Below, in pieces: positions 17,946 to 26,064 of a stretch of DNA of 64,000 nucleotides. The notes under the pieces are model-generated. The model was given only the letters and a program-made list of their open reading frames with translations, was not told the DNA's origin and did no database searches. Position 1 is the stretch's first letter; each line of letters opens with the position of its first letter. Source of the stretch: a virus; IMG/VR virus record IMGVR_UViG_3300045974_000513, positions 5,092 through 69,091 of that record; one strand, given 5' to 3'. The position numbers were made by a program, and so were the translations under genes.

Positions 17946-20153
17946 TGCTTCCTCCTGCGGCGCGCCGGGGGCGGCCTTGGTGATGTCGATGTCCGTGTCG
18001 GCCTTCGGGCTGAAGGTCGTGAAGCCGGTCTCTTTGTGGGCGCGCGCGGATGCGTCGCGGGCGCGCCGCGTCGCCGCGTCCCGTCCGGCGTCGCCGAGGG
18101 AGGTGTCCCTCGCCGTCCGGTGCGCCTGCTCCGCGATGGCGTGCTGCTGGGCCGCGAAGTTGTGCTGCGCCGCCCCCTGCGCGTCCTTGGCCTGCGACCC
18201 CGCCCGGCGATGGCGCGTGGCCTCCGCCTTGTGGTGTTCGGCCGCCGCCCGGTGAGCGCCGTTGGAGTCGGCCCGCTCGGCGTCCTTCGCCGCGTCCGGC
18301 TGCCGCACGGACTTCTTCCTGGCCGGGGCCTTGGTCTGCCGACCGACGACCGGCTGGCCGTCCTTCCCGAACCCCTTGGTCTCGCGGTTCGGCGCGCCGC
18401 TGCCGCCGCCGTGGCTGTACTGGTTGCCCCGGAATTCGTGACCCGGGACGTCGCCCTTCAGCACCGTGTAGATGGGCTCGCCCTCGTCCGTGAAGCCGTC
18501 CAGCCGCTTCGTGAGGTCGATCTCGACGTCGGCCTTGAACGGGCGGCGCGGGCCTCGCGCGCGGGCTGCCGCCGCCGACGGCGACTCCCCGAACCGACGG
18601 GCGTCGGACGGCCCGGCCTTCTTGCCAGCCGGGGCTGTGCCCGACGAGCCATGCGCCATCGCCCGGACCATCGGGTTGGTCTCGTAGAGCGACTTCCGCT
18701 CGGATGCCCGCGCAGCCTCGGTGCCGCCGCCGCCGCTGTCGAAGGACGCCGCGCGACGGTCCGTGTACGCCTTGGCCCCGGCGCGGATGGTGGCCGTCGC
18801 CTTGTCCTGGGAGGCGGTCATCTGCCGCAGGGCCGACCGCTCGCGCGCCTCGGCCTTCGTCCCCGACTTCTTCCCGCCAGCGCCCACGTCCTCGGCGTAC
18901 TGCTTCCACTCCTCGGGCGACCGTTCCGGCTCGGCGTTGCTGGCGCTGTGCTTCGCGTCGGTGTCCCGCTGATCTCGGATGTCGCGCAGGGCCTGCTTGC
19001 CAGCGAGGCGCGTGGACTTCACGTTCAGGGCCTGGAATGGCGTCTTCCCATCGGCCACGCTGTCGGCGAGGTGCCGCCCGAACGGTGAGTCGAGTAGGTC
19101 GCGCGCGTCCTCGTCGGACCCGCCGATGACCCGCTTCACCTCTTCGCGGGCGTGCGCGTAGGCGGCGTCGGCGCTCTTGCTGCGCTCCCACTCCCACCCC
19201 TCGGCCTCGGCCTTGTCGGGGTCGTCCGGGTCGCGGCGCTCGATGTCCCGCATCCCACCGTAGAACCCGTAGGAGACGTTCTGGGCGGTGTACGGATCCT
19301 CCGCCAGCGTCGCCGCCAACTCCGGTCCCTCGTGGTGATACCCGCCCACGGTCTTGCCCGGCGTGACGCGCGTCTCGTCCTTCTTCGGCGCGATGGCCTC
19401 GGCGTCGGGCGGCGGGGCCTGGACGTGCTTGAGGTCTTCCTTCCCCTCGGCCGCGATCCGCGCCTTCTCTTCCGGCGTCCCGTGCCCGCCCTCGACCTGC
19501 TCGCGGGTCTCCCGGTCGGCCTCGTCCTCCGACCAGCGGTGATGCTCGGACTCGACTCCCGGTCCGTCGCTGGACCCGTCCCCGTACTGGTTGCCTCGGA
19601 AGGGATGGCCCGGCGCGTCCCCCTTCACCACGGGGGCGTTGACGTCGCCTTCCGCCAGCACCTCTGCGGAGACGGTGTCGTCGGTCAGGCCGTCGGCCTT
19701 GAAGAGTTGGATCCGCGCGGCCGGATTCGCCGGGGAGTCGACGAGGCTGATCTCGGTGAGGACGAGCGCCTCGATGATCTTCGCGTCGTGGACGTTGCGT
19801 CCGCCCGGCGGCACGCGCCCACCGATCGAGAAGCCCTTGTACGTCCCGGTCCGCACCTTCAGCACGGCCACCGGATCGACGATATGGGCCTCCAGATAGG
19901 TTTTCCCGTCGCCGTGAACCTCGCACGCGAGCGCGGTGCCCGCTGCGGTCGGCTGGTGCATCTCGCGGATGGCCCCGAACTTCATGTAGCCCGGGATCGC
20001 GAGGCGCATCGCGTCGGCCTTCACCACCTCGCCGTCCTTGTCGACGTCTTCGGTGGACGCGATGCCGCTTACGACGATCGTGCCATCGTCGCGTTGCTCG
20101 ATCTTGGAAAACTCCCCGAAGATCCGTTTCCCGCCGCCGCCACCCATTGCCAT
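16152..20153 (-). CDS. Prohead (maturation) protease + two motif-tagged cargo units + coiled-coil scaffold (1333 aa)
   Basis: N-terminal VSGIASTEDVDKDGE...IREMHQ...YKGFSIGG...EISLVDSPANP (HK97-type serine prohead protease); KGD motifs at 19584-19625 and 18417-18458; Zn ribbon CDDC..CPEC; long coiled coil. Confidence 0.9.
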   Translation of the reverse strand: MAMGGGGGKRIFGEFSKIEQRDDGTIVVSGIASTEDVDKDGEVVKADAMRLAIPGYMKFGAIREMHQPTAAGTALACEVHGDGKTYLEAHIVDPVAVLKVRTGTYKGFSIGGRVPPGGRNVHDAKIIEALVLTEISLVDSPANPAARIQLFKADGLTDDTVSAEVLAEGDVNAPVVKGDAPGHPFRGNQYGDGSSDGPGVESEHHRWSEDEADRETREQVEGGHGTPEEKARIAAEGKEDLKHVQAPPPDAEAIAPKKDETRVTPGKTVGGYHHEGPELAATLAEDPYTAQNVSYGFYGGMRDIERRDPDDPDKAEAEGWEWERSKSADAAYAHAREEVKRVIGGSDEDARDLLDSPFGRHLADSVADGKTPFQALNVKSTRLAGKQALRDIRDQRDTDAKHSASNAEPERSPEEWKQYAEDVGAGGKKSGTKAEARERSALRQMTASQDKATATIRAGAKAYTDRRAASFDSGGGGTEAARASERKSLYETNPMVRAMAHGSSGTAPAGKKAGPSDARRFGESPSAAAARARGPRRPFKADVEIDLTKRLDGFTDEGEPIYTVLKGDVPGHEFRGNQYSHGGGSGAPNRETKGFGKDGQPVVGRQTKAPARKKSVRQPDAAKDAERADSNGAHRAAAEHHKAEATRHRRAGSQAKDAQGAAQHNFAAQQHAIAEQAHRTARDTSLGDAGRDAATRRARDASARAHKETGFTTFSPKADTDIDITKAAPGAPQEEAMADPKAMAQGEAADAAVCDDCGATLVDGACPECAAEGGEAEAGSGSGAGSSGEVAADPSTGTRDDDATDDGTSAEGNRFQARAAKLAKAANVELAALRKERDAEAARARAAEEALADLRAQATTTSTKLAKVASRADEVTGEVTKMRRAHAEVSETLEKVSAERDGMRERLAKVQAERDAVSADALRIRSDNDDAEHAVAKLTGDRDSMSERLAKVQQERDRADEELGKVRAARDFAETSFEKVAAEKAITDSRLSKVSVERDNAVADAAKMRVERDAVEDRFEKAVTERDVLAQRATKAQAELNATGDRLAKVQANAERAEITITKMASEIDAANQRAARLSKAVDAAEALASSTAASLDAERVTLAKVNAETATLRKALDRARVERDDVAKARDEATAENARKLEEISTIKKAADRARVERDEAARARDAALSEAQRKGEEIDGLKKVAERDRLVAKAEATRAREVAAADAQRKAEEIDSIKKALDRERLVAKTEIAKKVKEADDLRKAASVAADAAANARKAKLAAESERDAANSELARRPKGALRAALPVEKGLDTASAQTGEEAAKPEAPASPMDAIRKAHQNPKLLQNVNR
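16930..17570 (-). repeat. 14-aa coiled-coil repeats of the scaffold (hydrophobic-x-K-[VMA]-x-x-E-R-D)
   Basis: LEKVSAERDGMRER / LAKVQAERDAVSAD / LAKVQQERDRADEE / LGKVRAARDFAETS / FEKVAAEKAITDSR / LSKVSVERDNAVAD / FEKAVTERDVLAQR. Confidence 0.85.
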
Positions 20154-20162
20154 GTTGGCGGC

Positions 20163-20190
20163 ATCTTAGCCGATCTGGTGACGCTGGCAA
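20163..20190 (-). promoter_or_regulatory. Possible sigma70-type promoter for the protease-capsid operon
   Basis: TTGCCA-16 nt-TAAGAT ending 9 nt upstream of ATG 20153, in one of the few intergenic gaps. Confidence 0.35.
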
Positions 20191-20238
20191 CACGCACGGT
20201 TGATCCGCGCATGTCACACTTTAGCGCACCCGGGGTCG

Positions 20239-20559
20239 CTACACGACGAGTCGCGGCCCGGATCCGTTCGGCGAGCCGTCGTCTTCCGGCCTCGGGGACG
20301 GCGTTCCCTGCTCGGCGGTCGCCTGCCCGGCCATGACCCGCGCCATCGGGATCTGCCACGCGTCCGGGTGCCGCGAACACCACGTCACCTCGGCCCGGAC
20401 CGGCGGGAAGATCCCCAGCACCCCGGAGACCTCCAGCGCCTTCGTGATCGGGTTCGGGGCCATGATCGGCGCGGGCCTCGGCGGCTCCGCGTGGCACTCC
20501 CCCTGGCCGACCTGGGTGGGGAGGTAGTGCGGGCACGACCGGCAGGTGATCTCAGGCAT
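20239..20559 (-). CDS. Small Cys-rich phage protein
   Basis: CRSC...GECHAEPP...FPPV...WCSRH metal-binding pattern. Confidence 0.65.
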   Translation of the reverse strand: MPEITCRSCPHYLPTQVGQGECHAEPPRPAPIMAPNPITKALEVSGVLGIFPPVRAEVTWCSRHPDAWQIPMARVMAGQATAEQGTPSPRPEDDGSPNGSGPRLVV

Positions 20560-20722
20560 CGGTTTTCTCGCGGGCAGGGGTGGCTTCGTCCTTGGGCTTC
20601 GGCACGAGGAACGCCATCTCCCCGTCGTCCCAGATGACCTTTACCATCCCGTTCGCGAGGTGCACAACCGTCGCGTCGCGCCCGTCGACCTTCTGCCGCT
20701 CGATGCTCTTCGGTGCGTCCAT
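20552..20722 (-). CDS. Small hypothetical protein (56 aa)
   Basis: Manual translation MDAPKSIERQKVDGRDATVVHLANGMVKVIWDDGEMAFLVPKP...; GGAGG upstream; fills the gap exactly. Confidence 0.6.
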   Translation of the reverse strand: MDAPKSIERQKVDGRDATVVHLANGMVKVIWDDGEMAFLVPKPKDEATPAREKTDA

Positions 20723-20723
20723 C

Positions 20724-23693
20724 TCAGGCCTCCTTGCCTTGCCGCTTCAAGCGGTCGGTTCCAGCCTTCACCATGAGTTTGTAGTACGCCACCCAGGACG
20801 GTTTGGCGACGTCCTCGACCCTCTTGCCCGCGCGCTCCAGCGCCCGGATCTCCGCGAAGGTCTCGTGCAGCGCCTGCTCCGTGGTGGCCTCCCGTGCTTT
20901 GTACGCGTTCCACCACCGCGTGCTGTACGGGGTGACCCCGTCCTCTTCCGCCAGCGCATCGATGTCCCCCGCCTTGCCGAGGGCTTCCTGCTGCGCGTGC
21001 AGCGGAAACTCGCGCCTCCCACGGGCCGTCAGCGTCCCGTCGGCGCGCATGATCGCGTGCTCCTGCGCGTACTCGAACCGGGCGTCGCCCTCGATCCCCT
21101 TCGCCTCGGCCTCGCGGATGGCGTCGCGGTACTCCGGGGCGACGGACTCCTGAATCCGATCCCCCTCCTCGCCCATCTCGGCCGTCGCTGCGGTGAACTC
21201 CATGTGCCCGATCTCGTGCGCGACCACCGTCCGCGCGTAGTCGTCCCCGATCGCGCCCCACTCGCGGACGTAGATCTTGATGTGCCCCGACTCATTGAAC
21301 GACGCGGATCCGGCGGCGTTGAATTCCTGGCCCATGAGGCTCACGTGGTATGTCTCGTCGGTCAACTCGACCTCGCCGGTGTACCCGAACTCCTTAGTCA
21401 GCGCCTCGACCTTCGACTTCGTCGACTTCCACTCGTCGGTCTCCCGCACCGCTTCGCGCCGGGCCGACTCCTCCTCCAGCTTGGCATCGACGCGGTCGAC
21501 CGCCTTGAAGGCGATCTCGCTGGCGTCTACCGCCCATTGCCGAATGGTCTCGTAGTCGGCGTTTCGGGCCGTTGTCTCGCGCTGCTGATCGGCCAGCGAC
21601 TCCTCGGATGCCCCGGTCCCCATGTCCTCCAGCCACCGCTGCGACTTCTCGGCGGCCCGTGCCGCCCATTGCGCCCGCTCGTGCGCGGCACCAGCCGCAA
21701 GGCACTCTCGGGCGGCCTCCGCGTCCCCATGATCCCTGGCCCAATGGGCAAGGGATGCGAAGTACCCCACCGCGCGCTGGTGCTCGTCGGAGTTAGAGGC
21801 CCCCAGCGCGAAGATCCTGGCCTCTTCCCTCTCCTGCGCCTCGCCGTCGAAGTCCTGGCCGCCGCCGGATGCGCCGTCGGTGTACTGGTTCCCGCGAAAC
21901 GGGTGGCCATCGAAATCGCCCTTCCTCACCGTGGCGGCGAGGCGCTGCACCGTCCGGTACGCCTTCCGCCACTCGGGCGGCGCGGCCTTCGCCAGCGGGT
22001 CGCCCCCCATCACGATCCGGTGGATCTCGGAAAGCGTCTCGGAGATGGCGCTGTGTACCACCGTCGACCGGCCGCGCCAGTAGGTGACGTCGTCCCAGAA
22101 CGCCTTCGCGTAGGGGCTGATCGTCCCGCCGCCCGGGGCCAGCTTCTCCCAGCCCCGCTCCAGCTTCGACATCGCCACCGGGTCGGCCTCCCAGGCAGCG
22201 GAGTACTGCGCGTGGGCGATCTCGTGGGCGATCACGCCGCGCACGTTCCAGTCGGGGTACTTCCGGTGCATCTCGTCGGTCGCGCGCGGGTAGATGGTGA
22301 TCCGACCGTCCTTCTTCGCGTTGAACACGCCCGCGACGGAGTTGGGCAGTCCGTCGAACGTGATCGTCTCGGGCGGATCGTCCACGACGTCGATGCGGCT
22401 GGATGGGAACCCGGTCGCGGCGCAGACCTCTTCGACGGCTGCGCGCGCTGCGGCCACACCCTCGGTCCATTGGTTTCCCCGGAAGGCGTGCCCAGGCAGA
22501 TCGCCCTTGGTGACGCGCACGGTCCGCATCCCCGCGACCTTCACCACCTCGCGGTAGATGCGCTGCCACGCCGGGGAGCAGACGTCCTTGAGCTTCTTCC
22601 CGGTCCGCACCATCCCCCGGATCTCGGCGAACGTCTCGTTCACCGGGTCGAAGATCGGATCCCGCATGGCCCCGCCGCGCGCCTTGGCCTTCTCGTAGTG
22701 CTTCCACCACGACGCGGCGTACTCCGACACGGCAGCGCCCTCCTTCGCCAGCGACTCGCGCGTCCCGAAGCGTTCCAGGGAGGAGACGACCCGCTGCCCG
22801 CCGCCCCGGTGAAACTCGACGTGGGCGATCTCGTGGGCGACGACCTCCCTCACCTCGTCGGTAGGCATCCCGCGCATCTGCCGCGCGTGCAGCGTGATCT
22901 CCTCCCGCGTGGAACTGGCGGTGCCGACCGCCTTCGCCCGCTGGCCCGCCACCGTGAACTCGTGCTCGTCCAGCGTGACGATCACCTTGCCCTTGAAGCC
23001 GAACTCCTTCACGGCGGCATCGACCTTGGCCTGCGCGCTGGCCTTCGTGTTCCGTTCCCGCGTCTCCTTGGCCTTCTGGGCCCACCGGATGGCGGCCTCG
23101 GTGGCGGTGACGGCGGCCCTGCGCGTCGCGTCCGCCGCCTCGTGCGCCGCGACCGTCTCGGGCTTCACCTCGTCGGGGTCCGCCATCGACGCGGTCTCGT
23201 AGTCGGCGCTCGCCGTGGCAGCGGTCTCCTGCAACTCGGCCGCGCGCTCGTAGGCCGCCTTCCGCTTGGGGTCCGTGAGCCGTTTGGCCTCGGACCGCAG
23301 CATGACCGCGCCGTCCTTGAAGTCGGAGTACGTCTCCGGGTTCAGGGCGCGCTCGGTCATCACCTCGCGGACGTACTTCTCCTCCTCCTCGATGTCGGAG
23401 TCGGACTTGTCGCCCTCCCCCCACGCGCCGCCTGCACCCTCAGTCCATTGGTTCCCTCTGAACGGGTGCCCCGGGAGATCCCCCTTGGTGAGAGCCACGC
23501 CCAGGATGTCCGCCACCGGCACCGGCCTCCCCTTCACCGGGACCGCCGACAGGCCGATGGCGTTCCACGCGAGCAACTCGGCGGTCGCCTTGTCCTCACC
23601 GCGCGCCTTCGCCGCGTCGCGTTCGCGCCGCCACACCGCGTTGTGTCGAGGGGGCAGCGCCAGCAGGTACTCGTCCAGCGGAGCCCTATCCAT
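20724..23693 (-). CDS. Cargo polyprotein: ChaB-like N-terminus + three motif-tagged zincin metallopeptidases (989 aa)
   Basis: HEIAH, HEIAH and HEIGH, each followed by [ST]-x-Y-x-x-x-[WF]W and ET[FL][AS]EI; three KGD motifs; N-terminal LPPRHNAVW...AELLAWNAI. Confidence 0.85.
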   Translation of the reverse strand: MDRAPLDEYLLALPPRHNAVWRRERDAAKARGEDKATAELLAWNAIGLSAVPVKGRPVPVADILGVALTKGDLPGHPFRGNQWTEGAGGAWGEGDKSDSDIEEEEKYVREVMTERALNPETYSDFKDGAVMLRSEAKRLTDPKRKAAYERAAELQETAATASADYETASMADPDEVKPETVAAHEAADATRRAAVTATEAAIRWAQKAKETRERNTKASAQAKVDAAVKEFGFKGKVIVTLDEHEFTVAGQRAKAVGTASSTREEITLHARQMRGMPTDEVREVVAHEIAHVEFHRGGGQRVVSSLERFGTRESLAKEGAAVSEYAASWWKHYEKAKARGGAMRDPIFDPVNETFAEIRGMVRTGKKLKDVCSPAWQRIYREVVKVAGMRTVRVTKGDLPGHAFRGNQWTEGVAAARAAVEEVCAATGFPSSRIDVVDDPPETITFDGLPNSVAGVFNAKKDGRITIYPRATDEMHRKYPDWNVRGVIAHEIAHAQYSAAWEADPVAMSKLERGWEKLAPGGGTISPYAKAFWDDVTYWRGRSTVVHSAISETLSEIHRIVMGGDPLAKAAPPEWRKAYRTVQRLAATVRKGDFDGHPFRGNQYTDGASGGGQDFDGEAQEREEARIFALGASNSDEHQRAVGYFASLAHWARDHGDAEAARECLAAGAAHERAQWAARAAEKSQRWLEDMGTGASEESLADQQRETTARNADYETIRQWAVDASEIAFKAVDRVDAKLEEESARREAVRETDEWKSTKSKVEALTKEFGYTGEVELTDETYHVSLMGQEFNAAGSASFNESGHIKIYVREWGAIGDDYARTVVAHEIGHMEFTAATAEMGEEGDRIQESVAPEYRDAIREAEAKGIEGDARFEYAQEHAIMRADGTLTARGRREFPLHAQQEALGKAGDIDALAEEDGVTPYSTRWWNAYKAREATTEQALHETFAEIRALERAGKRVEDVAKPSWVAYYKLMVKAGTDRLKRQGKEA

Positions 23694-26064
23694 TGAGTCG
23701 GCCCTCCCCGGTGAGGATCACCGCGCGCCCCGTGAACGTCCGCCACTCCTTCATGCCGCTGACCCGGTACCCCATCGCGCCCGCCCTCGGCACGAAGCGC
23801 AGCACCTTGATCTCGGAGTCCTGCTGCTTGGCGAACGCCTCGTAGTCGGAGCAGAAGAACAAGGGGTCCATGACGCCGCCCGCGTGCTCGCGGAACGCCG
23901 CGCACGCCTTGTAGAGGGTGATGGCGTTCTCGATCTTCTCCTCGGGCGTCCAGTCGCGTTCCCAGCGCATCGGTGTCCCGTTCGGCCCGGGGCGCGCGTC
24001 CTTCACCGGACGCCAGCCCAGCTTGTTCTCGCCCTCCTTCTCGTCGAGCGACCACTCGTGCTTGCCGCGTGGCGGCCCCGGGTAGTGGACCGCGCGCTCG
24101 CGACTCGCGAGGTAATCGTCCATGCCAGGCTCTCCGCCGCCGATGGCCCGCATGACAGGGCCGATGTACGGCTGCTTCGCGTCAGCGCCCGTGCGCGCGT
24201 TCTCGATCAGCATCGCCGCAGTCAGTTCGCCCTGGGCGACGCGCCGCATCTCGCGCAGCCCGTTCGCCACCGCCTCGGCAATCACGGGGTCCGTCGTGAA
24301 CGAGACCGTGTTGCTCGCGCCGCCGCCGATCCCCCTGCCGCTGGCCTGCCCCAACTCGTCGCGCGTCTTGAGGTCGTCCTCCTCGACCGCAGTCGCCGCC
24401 GTGGTCGCGTGGTAGAGGACCGACGGCAGGCGCTCCATCTTCTCGCCCCCACCCAACTCCCGCCAGCCCGCCTTCTCCGCCGCCTCGGGCGTCATCTGCC
24501 CCAGGGAGACCGCCACGGCGACGGACCGATTCCACTCCTTCTCCCTGGCCTGGAGTGCGGCGTAGATCGGCTCGCTCTCGGCGACGTAGCCGCCATCGGG
24601 CCAAGGGCCAACGAAGGCCTCCTTGGAGCTTCTCCACGGCTCCTCGCCGTCGCCTCCCCCGACACCGTCCGTGTACTGGTTGCCTCGGAACGGATGGCCC
24701 TCGAAATCGCCCTTCGCGAGATCCGGGTGCTTCGTCGGGCGCGTGTTCTCCTTGGCCTTCACCTGGGCCGGGTCGAACACGATGAAGTTGTCCGACCTGT
24801 ACCGCTCCCCGATGCCCTCCATCACCCCGCGAAGGATGATCCCGTCGTGACCGCTCGCCTTCGCGCGCGCGATGGTGCGGGTCTGAAGCGGCGTGTCCTC
24901 GACGACGTCCTGGGCTTCGCGGCCAGAGATCACCAGAGGGTTCTGCATCGAGACGTAGGCCGCGACCACGGTGCCCGCCTCGATCTCGTTCCCGTCCTCG
25001 TCCTCGAATACCGGCTCGCCGTACTCCCTCGGCAGCGTGAACGTGTCCGCGACCGACTCGTTGTCGGTCAGGAATATCCCGGCCCCAGCCTCGAACGACT
25101 CGTCCAGCGTCGTCGGGTCTTTCTCGGTCGTCCCGTGGTAGACGACGAGCGGCTTGCCCTCGGCGGTGACGACCTTGGAGTCACCGAACCACGCCTTGAA
25201 CTCGGGGGTGTCGTGCCCGCCACCGCCTTCGCCCTGCGTGTACTGGTTGCCCCTGAAGGGGTGGCCCTCCAGATCGCCCTTGTGGATGCTGGGGGCGCTC
25301 GTCGGCCGCTGGTTGGTCGTCGCCTTGATCTGGTGCGGGTGGAAGGCCACCCAGTAGTCGCCCTGCCCCCCGTCGATCTTGGCCGCGCCCTTGATGTGTA
25401 GCCCGTCGAACCCGCGCGCGATCAGCTTCTCGCGCAGGCGGTCGCCGTCGATGCTCTCGGTGCCCTTCTTCCCCGGGATGTCCGCGCCCACCCACTTCGC
25501 CAGCGAGAAGATCTCCTGCCAGTCGCCCAGCACCTTCGGGTTCCGAATGGCGAGATGCACGCGGTACAGCGCCCCGTCATCGGGCGGCGCGTTGGGGCCC
25601 GGACTGAAGATGCTTTCCGCCTGCTTCGCGTCGGTGGTGAACCAACTCCCGGCCGTGTCCACGGTCTTGATGCCGTCGGCCCATGCGCCACCCTGGTGTC
25701 GGTCGAACTCCTCGATGCCGATGGCGAACGAGCCGTGGAACACGGCCAGCGGGAGGCCCGCCGCATCGACCGCCTTCGACCCCGCGAACCACGTCTGGAA
25801 CTCGGGCGAGCGCGATGCGATGGCCGTACCGCGCAGCCGCTCCGCCCTCCCCCGCGCGATGGCCTCCTGCTGCGCCGATGGCCGCTTCGCCGGTCCCTCA
25901 CCGCCGGACGCGACGTCGCTGTACTGGTTTCCTCGGAACGGGTGGCCGTCGAAGTCGCCCTTCTTCAGCGGCGGGACGACGGTGTAGGCCCGGTGCCACA
26001 GCGGGGCGATGCGCTTCCGCGCGGCCTCGACGAGGTCACTCCTTGATGGCGCGCGTGAAGACAT
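23686..26064 (-). CDS. Cargo polyprotein: three motif-tagged ADP-ribosyltransferase-like domains (792 aa)
   Basis: FQTWFAGSKAVD..G.PL.VFHGS..GSWFT..GFDG..HQIK and FKAWFGDSKVV..GKPLVVYHGT..GIFLT..GHDG..AQVK (ART-PolyVal pattern); third unit LYHAT...SFTTD. Confidence 0.82.
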   Translation of the reverse strand: MSSRAPSRSDLVEAARKRIAPLWHRAYTVVPPLKKGDFDGHPFRGNQYSDVASGGEGPAKRPSAQQEAIARGRAERLRGTAIASRSPEFQTWFAGSKAVDAAGLPLAVFHGSFAIGIEEFDRHQGGAWADGIKTVDTAGSWFTTDAKQAESIFSPGPNAPPDDGALYRVHLAIRNPKVLGDWQEIFSLAKWVGADIPGKKGTESIDGDRLREKLIARGFDGLHIKGAAKIDGGQGDYWVAFHPHQIKATTNQRPTSAPSIHKGDLEGHPFRGNQYTQGEGGGGHDTPEFKAWFGDSKVVTAEGKPLVVYHGTTEKDPTTLDESFEAGAGIFLTDNESVADTFTLPREYGEPVFEDEDGNEIEAGTVVAAYVSMQNPLVISGREAQDVVEDTPLQTRTIARAKASGHDGIILRGVMEGIGERYRSDNFIVFDPAQVKAKENTRPTKHPDLAKGDFEGHPFRGNQYTDGVGGGDGEEPWRSSKEAFVGPWPDGGYVAESEPIYAALQAREKEWNRSVAVAVSLGQMTPEAAEKAGWRELGGGEKMERLPSVLYHATTAATAVEEDDLKTRDELGQASGRGIGGGASNTVSFTTDPVIAEAVANGLREMRRVAQGELTAAMLIENARTGADAKQPYIGPVMRAIGGGEPGMDDYLASRERAVHYPGPPRGKHEWSLDEKEGENKLGWRPVKDARPGPNGTPMRWERDWTPEEKIENAITLYKACAAFREHAGGVMDPLFFCSDYEAFAKQQDSEIKVLRFVPRAGAMGYRVSGMKEWRTFTGRAVILTGEGRLNG

